Under the pieces are notes generated by a model that saw only the letters and a list, made by a program, of their open reading frames with translations, had not been told where the DNA came from and did no database searches. Positions 57,070 to 64,000 of a DNA stretch of 64,000 nucleotides are shown one piece after another. Position 1 is the stretch's first letter. The number at the start of each line of letters is the position of its first letter. Source of the stretch: Rhabdothermincola salaria (GTDB lineage Bacteria > Actinomycetota > Acidimicrobiia > Acidimicrobiales > Acidimicrobilacustridaceae); NCBI RefSeq assembly GCF_021246445.1, contig NZ_JAJQXW010000001.1, positions 992,001 through 1,056,000 of the forward strand. The letters are read 5' to 3'. Both the position numbers and the translations under genes were made by a program.

Positions 57070-58863
57070 TCACATGCGGAGCGGATCGACCTCGACCCGC
57101 AGACGACCAGAGGGTCGGGGCACAGACGCCAGCGCGTCGCAGAGCACCTGGTGGGTGGGTGCCCGCAGCATCCACCGTCCGTCGGCCGGGCCGAGCACCT
57201 CGACGCCTGGCGGGGCGCCGAGCGCCTCGACGAACGCCGGGGCCACGGCCCCCGACACCAGGGCCATCGCCGTCACGGGTGGGAAACCGAGCACGTCGCG
57301 GCGGGCGGCCTCGGCCTCGACCACCCGGGACGGATCGGCCAGCAGGGCGGCCTTGACCACCTCGTGGTCCGGGAGCCGGGTCTGGATCAACAGCCGACCC
57401 GTCCCCGACCGGCCCCCCACGAGGCGGGCGGCGCGGACCACCAGGCCGAGCGCCTCCTCCGCCGCCCGGTAGCGGGGGGCCAGGAGTTCCTGGTCGAGGT
57501 CGAGGAAGGCCACCACGTCCACCGCGTCGAGGTGGTGCAGAGCGGCCTCGGTGCCCACCACCACCTCGGCACCGGGACCGGCCGCCCCCGCCTCGTGCTC
57601 GGCGGTGAGCTCGGCCACCGGACGCAGGGCGAGCGCCTCGAGCTCCTCGCGGGCCCGGCTCACGCCCACCCGCAGGTTCTTCATGCGCGTGCCACCGCAG
57701 CGCAGGCAGACCTGGGGGCGCTGCTCCCCGCAGCGACGGCACACCAGGCCGGTGTCGTCGCCCTGCACCACCGAGGCTCCGCAGCGCTCGCAGGTCGCCA
57801 GCTCGTCACATGCCGCGCAGCTCGACAGACCGCTGCGCCCCTTGCGGTTGAGCAGGCACAGCACCCGCGCGTCGCTGCGCAGCACGTCGACCAGGCGCGA
57901 GCTGTAGCGAGCCTGGCCCCGAGGGGCGTCACGGGTGTCGACCACCTCGACCCGCGGCCATCCCGCCCGCTCCGCCGATCTCGACGGCGCCAGCAACCGG
58001 CCGGACCCGAGCGCCTCCAGCGACGGCGTCGGCGACACCAGCACGCAGGGGACGCCGGCGCGGCGGGCCCGCTCGAGGGCCACGTCGCGGGCGTGCCAGG
58101 TGGGCGCCTGCTCCTGTTGGAGCGATTCGTCGTGCTCGTCGAGGACGACCACCGCGGCCGGTTCGGCCAGGGGAGCCCAGGCGGCGGCGCGGGTCCCCAG
58201 CACGGTGGACCCCCCGGCCCGGGCCTGCGCCCAGTCGCGGGGCAGCACGGCGGTGGGTACTCCGGCGCGCCGCAGGCGGAGACCGAGGTGGCGCACGGTG
58301 GCCAGCGACGGGGCGATCACGAGGGCGGGACCCAGGCCGGCCGCGGCGAGCACCACGGGGAACACGTCGCCGGCCGGGGGCAGCCGCAGCACCGTCACGC
58401 CGCCTTGCAGCGCCTCCCCGGCGAGGGCGCCCACGTCGCCGAGGGCCACGGTGCTGGCCGGACCGGCGGATGGCGCCCCGGCCCGGGGCAGTCCCCGCAC
58501 CGCCCCTTCCGGCGAGGCGGTGCGCAACACGGACACGGGCCGTCCCGCCCACCGCCACGCCGCCCAGTCGGCCAGGTCGAACACCTCCGGGGGCGGTCCC
58601 CAGCCCGTGACCTTGGCCAGGTCCTGCAGCACCACCCCGGGCGGGGGTTCGACGTGGTCGGCGACCACCCATCCGCCCACGCGGCGACCGTGCAGCGAGA
58701 TGCGCACGATGGTGCCGACCCGGACCTCGGCGTCGAGCGCCGGCGGGACCGTGTAGTCGAAGCACTTGTCGACCGCCGGGAGGTCGGGGCGGACCCGCAC
58801 GACGCGCGAGCGCTCGCCGTCGGGGTGGCTCGGTCGGGCGGACACGGGTGCGGACCGGGGCAC
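57070..58863 (-). CDS. priA: Primosomal protein N' (PriA), helicase motifs degenerate; may extend to 58974
   Basis: FDYTVP, GTRAAAWAP, DEHD, WHARDVA, four CxxC pairs, GFPP, VEVDP. Downstream of metK as usual. Confidence 0.9.
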   Translation of the reverse strand: MPRSAPVSARPSHPDGERSRVVRVRPDLPAVDKCFDYTVPPALDAEVRVGTIVRISLHGRRVGGWVVADHVEPPPGVVLQDLAKVTGWGPPPEVFDLADWAAWRWAGRPVSVLRTASPEGAVRGLPRAGAPSAGPASTVALGDVGALAGEALQGGVTVLRLPPAGDVFPVVLAAAGLGPALVIAPSLATVRHLGLRLRRAGVPTAVLPRDWAQARAGGSTVLGTRAAAWAPLAEPAAVVVLDEHDESLQQEQAPTWHARDVALERARRAGVPCVLVSPTPSLEALGSGRLLAPSRSAERAGWPRVEVVDTRDAPRGQARYSSRLVDVLRSDARVLCLLNRKGRSGLSSCAACDELATCERCGASVVQGDDTGLVCRRCGEQRPQVCLRCGGTRMKNLRVGVSRAREELEALALRPVAELTAEHEAGAAGPGAEVVVGTEAALHHLDAVDVVAFLDLDQELLAPRYRAAEEALGLVVRAARLVGGRSGTGRLLIQTRLPDHEVVKAALLADPSRVVEAEAARRDVLGFPPVTAMALVSGAVAPAFVEALGAPPGVEVLGPADGRWMLRAPTHQVLCDALASVPRPSGRLRVEVDPLRM

Positions 58864-58983
58864 GCGGAGCGACCCCGAGCGCCGGCGCGACGAACCGCCG
58901 CCGGCGCGAGGCGGGCCGGCGGCGTCCTCGGGAGCGTCCCCGAAGTCGAAGCTGGGTTGGTCGGGGCCCGGCGTGGCCGGTCC

Positions 58984-60177
58984 CTACAGGCCGAGGGCCG
59001 AGGCCAGCTGCTCGACGCGGTCGGTGCGCTCCCAGGTGAAGCCGTCGCCCTCGCGGCCGAAGTGGCCGTAGGCGGCTGTCTGGCGGTACACGGGGCGGCG
59101 CAGGTCGAGGTCTCGGGTGATGGCGGCGGGGCGCAGGTCGAACACCTGGCGCACCGCGTCCGCGATCTTCTCGGGATCGACGGTGGCGGTGCCGAACGTC
59201 TCCACCATGAGCGACACCGGATGGGCGACGCCGATGGCGTAGGCGACCTGCACCTCGCAGCGCTCAGCGGCCCCGGCGGCGACCACGTTCTTGGCCACCC
59301 ACCGCGCCGCGTAGGCCGCGGAGCGGTCGACCTTCGACGGGTCCTTGCCCGAGAAGGCGCCCCCTCCGTGGCGGGCCATGCCCCCGTAGGTGTCGACGAT
59401 GATCTTGCGCCCGGTGAGCCCGGCGTCGCCGACGGGACCGCCGATGACGAACCGCCCCGTGGGGTTGACGAACACCTCGTAGTCGTCGTCGGCGAAGGCC
59501 TCGGGGACCACGGGGCGGATGACCTGCTCGATGAGGTCCGGGCGGATGGCGTCGTCGCGGTCGATGCCGTCGTTGTGCTGGGTGGAGATGAGCACGGTGC
59601 GCAGCCGCACCGGCCGCCCGTCCTCGTAGTCGAAGGTCACCTGGGTCTTGCCGTCAGGGCGCAGGTAGGGCACTGCTCCGGACTTGCGGACCTCGGCGAG
59701 GCGCTCGGCCATGCGGTGCGCCGTGTGGATGGGCAGGGGCATCAAGACGTCGGTGTCGCGGCAGGCGTAGCCGAACATCATCCCCTGGTCGCCGGCGCCC
59801 TGCTGGTTCAACAGGTCCTCGCCGGAGGTGCCGGTACGGACCTCTTCGGAGTCGTCGACCCCCTGGGCGATGTCGGGTGACTGCTCGTCGAGGCTGACCA
59901 TGACCCCGACGGTGTTGCCGTCGTAGCCGTAGGACTCGCGGTTGTAGCCGATCTCGTTGATCGTGGAGCGCACGATCTTGGGGATGTCGACGTAGCCCGA
60001 GGTGGTGATCTCACCGGCGACCACGGCCAGCCCGGTGGTCACCATGGTCTCGCACGCCACCCGGCTCATGGGGTCCTGGGCCAGCATCGCATCGAGGATG
60101 GCGTCGGAGATCTGGTCGGCGACCTTGTCGGGATGGCCCTCGGTGACGGATTCCGAGGTGAAGGTCCAGCTGGTCAC
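58984..60177 (-). CDS. metK: S-adenosylmethionine synthetase
   Basis: [41 protein letters not shown]. Confidence 0.98.
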   Translation of the reverse strand: MTSWTFTSESVTEGHPDKVADQISDAILDAMLAQDPMSRVACETMVTTGLAVVAGEITTSGYVDIPKIVRSTINEIGYNRESYGYDGNTVGVMVSLDEQSPDIAQGVDDSEEVRTGTSGEDLLNQQGAGDQGMMFGYACRDTDVLMPLPIHTAHRMAERLAEVRKSGAVPYLRPDGKTQVTFDYEDGRPVRLRTVLISTQHNDGIDRDDAIRPDLIEQVIRPVVPEAFADDDYEVFVNPTGRFVIGGPVGDAGLTGRKIIVDTYGGMARHGGGAFSGKDPSKVDRSAAYAARWVAKNVVAAGAAERCEVQVAYAIGVAHPVSLMVETFGTATVDPEKIADAVRQVFDLRPAAITRDLDLRRPVYRQTAAYGHFGREGDGFTWERTDRVEQLASALGL

Positions 60178-60229
60178 AGGTGCTCCTTGGCGGGCATCGG
60201 GCCCGAGGTGGTGGACGGTGGGAACGGCC

Positions 60230-61468
60230 TCAGCTCGATGTCGCGGTGCGCAGCTCCACCACGGCATCGAGCACGGCTCGAGCCACCGCCCGCTTGTCGG
60301 TCAAGGGGACATCTTGGCGCATCCCCCCGGGCCCGAGGAGCACCACCGCGTTGGTGTCGTGCTCGAAGCCCACGCCGGGTGCGCTCACGTCGTTGGCCAC
60401 GATGAGGTCGAGGTTCTTGCGTTCGAGCTTGGCCCGTGCGTTGTCGAGCAGGTCGCGGGTCTCGGCCGCGAAGCCGACCAGCACCTGGCCGGGCCGCTTG
60501 GCCCGACCGAGGTCGACGAGGAAGTCGTGGGTGGGCTCGAGCACGATGTGGGGCGGGCCGTCGGCCGCCAGCTCGTGCTTCTTCAACTTGTGGTCGGCCA
60601 CCACGACGGGACGGAAGTCGGCGACCGCCGCGGCCATGACCACCACGTCAGCATGGTCGGCCCGGGGCACGACCACGGCTTGCATGTCGGCGGCGCTGGC
60701 CACCTCGATCATCTCGACACCGGCCGGCGCAGCACGCTCGACGGTGCTGACGAGGGTGACCCGCGCCCCACGGGCTGCGGCCTCGGCCGCCAGGGCGTAG
60801 CCCTGCTTGCCGGACGACCGGTTGGTGATGACCCGCACCGGGTCGATGGCCTCCCGGGTGCCACCGGCCGTGACCAGGACCGACACCCCGGCGAGGTCGT
60901 CGGCCCGGCCGTCGGGCGGAGCGTCGGCTCCGTCGAGCACGTGCGCGACGGCGGCCACGATGTCGGCCGGCTCAGCCAGTCGACCGGCGCCGACGTCGCC
61001 ACCGGCCAGGCGCCCCTCGGTGGGCCACACGACGTGCACCCCGCGCGAGCGCAGCAGCTCGAGGTTGTCCTGCACGGCCGGGTGCTCCCACATCTCGGTG
61101 TGCATCGCCGGGCACACGACGACGGGGGCCCGGGTGGCGAGGAGGGTGGCGGTGAGCAGGTCGTCGGAGTAGCCGTGGGCGTAGGCCGACAGCACACGGG
61201 CGGTGGCGGGAGCCACCACGACCAGATCGGCGCCCTGGCCGAGCCGCGTGTGGGGGATGGGGCTGTCCTCGTGCCACAGGGAGGTCTGCACCGGCTCGGA
61301 GGCCAGCGCCGAGAACGTGGTCTCCCCCACGAAGTGGGTGGCCCCCTCCGTCAGCACGGGCGCCACGTGGGCCCCGGCGTCGACCAGGCGGCGGCACACG
61401 TCGATGGCCTTGTAGGCCGCGATCCCCCCGGTGACCCCGAGGACGATCCGGCGCCCGGCGAGGCTCAC
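60230..61468 (-). CDS. coaBC: Bifunctional phosphopantothenoylcysteine decarboxylase/ligase
   Basis: [52 protein letters not shown]. Confidence 0.97.
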   Translation of the reverse strand: MSLAGRRIVLGVTGGIAAYKAIDVCRRLVDAGAHVAPVLTEGATHFVGETTFSALASEPVQTSLWHEDSPIPHTRLGQGADLVVVAPATARVLSAYAHGYSDDLLTATLLATRAPVVVCPAMHTEMWEHPAVQDNLELLRSRGVHVVWPTEGRLAGGDVGAGRLAEPADIVAAVAHVLDGADAPPDGRADDLAGVSVLVTAGGTREAIDPVRVITNRSSGKQGYALAAEAAARGARVTLVSTVERAAPAGVEMIEVASAADMQAVVVPRADHADVVVMAAAVADFRPVVVADHKLKKHELAADGPPHIVLEPTHDFLVDLGRAKRPGQVLVGFAAETRDLLDNARAKLERKNLDLIVANDVSAPGVGFEHDTNAVVLLGPGGMRQDVPLTDKRAVARAVLDAVVELRTATSS

Positions 61469-61499
61469 GGCAACGGTCGGCGGCGCCGGTCGGTGCGGC

Positions 61500-61805
61500 T
61501 CACTCGGCGTCGTCGCCCTCGACCGCCTGATCGGTCTCCACCGCCACGAGCTCGGCCGGGGTGGTGCGCACGGGCACGATCTTGTCGGCGGCGATCTCCT
61601 CGAAGGCGATCGACAGCGGCTTGCGCGCCACCGAGGTCACCTGCGGTGGCACGTTGTTGGTGGTGCCGTCGACCAGCTGGCCGAAGTAGGCGTTGATCTG
61701 GCGGGCCCGCATGGCCCCCAGCGACACCAGGGTGAACTTGGAGTCGACCTTGGACAGGAGGGTCTCGACGCGAGGGTTGATCATCGAGTCATGGATCTGG
61801 GCCAC
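61500..61805 (-). CDS. rpoZ: RNA polymerase omega subunit
   Basis: NPRVETLLSKVDSKFTLV..AMRARQIN.Y, KPLSIAFEEI. Confidence 0.93.
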   Translation of the reverse strand: MAQIHDSMINPRVETLLSKVDSKFTLVSLGAMRARQINAYFGQLVDGTTNNVPPQVTSVARKPLSIAFEEIAADKIVPVRTTPAELVAVETDQAVEGDDAE

Positions 61806-61863
61806 GGGTCTGCACTCTCCGGTGTCGGGGGGGGTTGGTCGGGCGGGATGGAGCCGGGCGATC

Positions 61864-62400
61864 CTACCAGCTACGTCGGGCTTCGATGAGGTCTCGAACC
61901 TCGGCGACGGTGTCGTCGAGGTCGTCGTTGACCACCCGCACCGCGCCGAGCGCCCGGCCCCGCTCGAGCTCCTGTTCGGCCACGGCGACCCGCTCGGCCA
62001 CCTGGTCGGGCGGGTCGCCCCTCCCCCGCAACCGGTCGGCCTGGACCTGGCGCGACGGCGGCTCCAGCAGGACCACGAGGGCCGCGGGCTCGCGCTCGAG
62101 CACCTGCTCGGCGCCCTGGACGTCGATCTCGAGCACGACGTCGTGGTCGTCTCCGGCCTCCGGCCACGGAGTGCCGTAGAGGTTGCCCAGGAAGTCGGCG
62201 TGCTCGAGGAAACCGCCGGAGGCGGCGTGGGCCTCGAAGGTGGGCCGGTCGACGAAGGTGTAGGCGTCGGCCGCCTCGCCCGGTCGGGGCGCGCGGGTGG
62301 TCCACGACCGCGACAACCACAGTCGAGGGTCTTCGGCCACCAGGCGGGCCACGACGGTGCCCTTGCCGACCCCACCGGGGCCGCACACGACGACGATCAC
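61864..62400 (-). CDS. gmk: Guanylate kinase
   Basis: GPGGVGKGT, SWTTRAPRPGE, YGT, EIDVQGA, VNDDL. Confidence 0.94.
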   Translation of the reverse strand: MIVVVCGPGGVGKGTVVARLVAEDPRLWLSRSWTTRAPRPGEAADAYTFVDRPTFEAHAASGGFLEHADFLGNLYGTPWPEAGDDHDVVLEIDVQGAEQVLEREPAALVVLLEPPSRQVQADRLRGRGDPPDQVAERVAVAEQELERGRALGAVRVVNDDLDDTVAEVRDLIEARRSW

Positions 62401-62425
62401 CGGCGTCGGGCCCGACGCCGCGAGG

Positions 62426-62743
62426 TCAGGACCCGAAGGCGTCCAGCAGGGCCTTGCGCTGCTGGGCGCCCAGGCCGCGGAGGCGCCGGGTGTCGGCGAT
62501 GCCGATCTCGTCCATCGTGCGTCGGGCGGTGACCTTGCCCACGCCCGGGAGCGACTCGAGCACGGCGAGCACCTTGATGCCCGCGACCATGTCGTCGCGG
62601 TCGGCCTCCGCGAGCAGCTCGGGCAGGGTGATCGAGCCCATCTTGAGGCGTTCCTTGAGCTCGGCGCGAGCCCGACGGGCCTCGGCGGCCTTGACGAGCG
62701 CAGCTTGGCGCTGCTCGTCCGAGAGGGCGGGAGGGAGCGGCAT
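62426..62743 (-). CDS. mihF: Actinobacterial integration host factor
   Basis: EQRQAALVKAAEARRARAELKERLK, LESLPGVGKV.A, RRLRGLGAQQR. Confidence 0.95.
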   Translation of the reverse strand: MPLPPALSDEQRQAALVKAAEARRARAELKERLKMGSITLPELLAEADRDDMVAGIKVLAVLESLPGVGKVTARRTMDEIGIADTRRLRGLGAQQRKALLDAFGS

Positions 62744-62821
62744 GATCGCGACCCTACCCCTCGCGCCGGTCGTTCCGGGCCAGACCGGGGACGAGATCCG
62801 CGCCGGGCTCGTCCGGGACGC

Positions 62822-63493
62822 TCAGGAGGCCGGGACGGGACCGACGGCGCCGCCCGGGGCCACGAGCGCGGCGGGGAGCGGGCCCAGCAGTGGGGCTTCG
62901 AGCACACCGACGAGGACGTCGGTGAGGTTGGCCTCGAAGGTGTCGTCGTCGAGCTCGACCGGCCGACGGGACTCGAGCTGACGGGCCCGGGACGACATCG
63001 CCGCCGTCATCAGCATGATCATCTCGACCACCCGCTCGCGGCGGACCGCCGCCGGCAGCTCGGTGGGCCGGGCCTCGAGCATGGTGAGGATGTCGACGAG
63101 GTGAGGCCCGGTGCCCACGGTGTCGGCACGCCAGTCCGAGAAGAGCGGCGACAACCCTGCCACGATGCGCAGGTAGTCGCGCCCTTCCGGAGTGGCCAGG
63201 TGGGCGGCGTAGGGAACCACCAGCACGGCGACCAGGTCTCTGGTGGTGCTCCCGTCCGCCAGGCGGGCCCGCAGCTCACCGCGGGCGGCGTCGGTGGGAT
63301 CGCCGTGACGGGCCAGGATCGCCTCGAGCAGCCCCTCGCGGGACCCGAAGTGGTAGTTGACCGCCGAGACGTTGCGTTGCCCGGCCGCGTCGGTGATCTC
63401 GCGCAGCGTGACGCGGTACGGACCGCGTCGGGCGAAGAGCCGCTCGGCCTCGCGCAGGAGGCGTTCCTTGGTGGGAGTGCTGTCGCGGGGCAC
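62822..63493 (-). CDS. TetR/AcrR family transcriptional regulator
   Basis: TKERLLREAERLFARRG..VTLREIT.AAGQRNVSAVNYHFGSREGL. Confidence 0.9.
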   Translation of the reverse strand: MPRDSTPTKERLLREAERLFARRGPYRVTLREITDAAGQRNVSAVNYHFGSREGLLEAILARHGDPTDAARGELRARLADGSTTRDLVAVLVVPYAAHLATPEGRDYLRIVAGLSPLFSDWRADTVGTGPHLVDILTMLEARPTELPAAVRRERVVEMIMLMTAAMSSRARQLESRRPVELDDDTFEANLTDVLVGVLEAPLLGPLPAALVAPGGAVGPVPAS

Positions 63494-63552
63494 GGTCGGC
63501 GACGTTACCGGGTGCGTCGGTGGGGTCCGAGGGACCCCACCGACGTCCGGGA

Positions 63553-64000
63553 TCAGTTCGGGAGCGGGGCGAGAGCGGAGTCGGGGATGACCGTCGGCCA
63601 CTCGATGTCGGGCAGCGGCTTGGAGAAGCGGCCGTACTTGGGCTGGGCCTCGGCCCGGTACCGGTCGGTGGAGTGCACCGGATCCTTGTCGAACTCGGGG
63701 ATCACGTTCTGACCGAAGAGCTCGAGGCACTCGAGGATCTCCTCGTGGTACATGCCTTCGATGGGCAGGCCGAACGCGAGCTGGTCCATGCCCACGTCGC
63801 CCCAGGCGGCGATCTGCTCAGCGACCTCGTCGGGGGTGCCGCACAGCATGTGGCCGGCCTCGATGATGCCGTCGAGGAGCTCGTCGCCGTCGATGTTGGG
63901 ATCCTGGACGATGTCGTGGAGCGACATCGGGGTGCCGGGCCAGGTGATGGCGTCCTGGGACTTGGGCATGGTGTCGTGGTAGAGGTTCACCATCGTCACC
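63553..64000 (-). CDS. LLM-class flavin-dependent oxidoreductase (3' part; runs off window edge)
   Basis: LCGTPDEVAEQI..W.DVGMDQL, LELFGQNVIPEFD, a typical luciferase-like C-terminus. Confidence 0.75.
   Translation of the reverse strand, partial: VTMVNLYHDTMPKSQDAITWPGTPMSLHDIVQDPNIDGDELLDGIIEAGHMLCGTPDEVAEQIAAWGDVGMDQLAFGLPIEGMYHEEILECLELFGQNVIPEFDKDPVHSTDRYRAEAQPKYGRFSKPLPDIEWPTVIPDSALAPLPN

Noticed and set aside
60178..60229. SAM riboswitch upstream of metK
   Set aside because: Only 52 nt separate coaBC and metK, with no recognisable aptamer.

Overview
High-GC actinobacterial core-genome window. The 16S sequence and gene order point to Acidimicrobiia; this is inferred, not searched. Most genes lie on the minus strand in the conserved actinobacterial order: mihF-gmk-rpoZ-coaBC-metK-priA, def-fmt-rsmB-mog-ribD/E/BA/H, hisG, infC-rpmI-rplT-trmH-pheST-argCJBDFRGH-mpg, tyrS, one complete rRNA operon (16S-23S-5S, no spacer tRNA), TPR-ssb paralog-korAB, HAD-phasin-like-tlyA-nadK-recN-pyrG-nudix-xerD, and scpA. 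Interspersed plus-strand genes include trpS, a type III glutamine synthetase, DUF1015, VIT1, two methyltransferases and a K+/H+ antiporter. I found no mobile element, prophage, CRISPR array or defence island, and no clearly new multi-gene system. The most interesting signals are small. PriA lacks a Walker A motif, and its frame stays open up to the metK stop codon, with an ACG-initiated, clamp-motif-like extension. infC starts at ATA and has a structured leader. A PafBC-type promoter precedes a tail-less SSB paralog. Leaderless promoter architecture is pervasive. There is a PhaF-like phasin/histone-tail protein, and a DksA-like/HD/permuted-papain-like trio sits beside xerD. Many start coordinates were corrected by hand relative to the ORF track.
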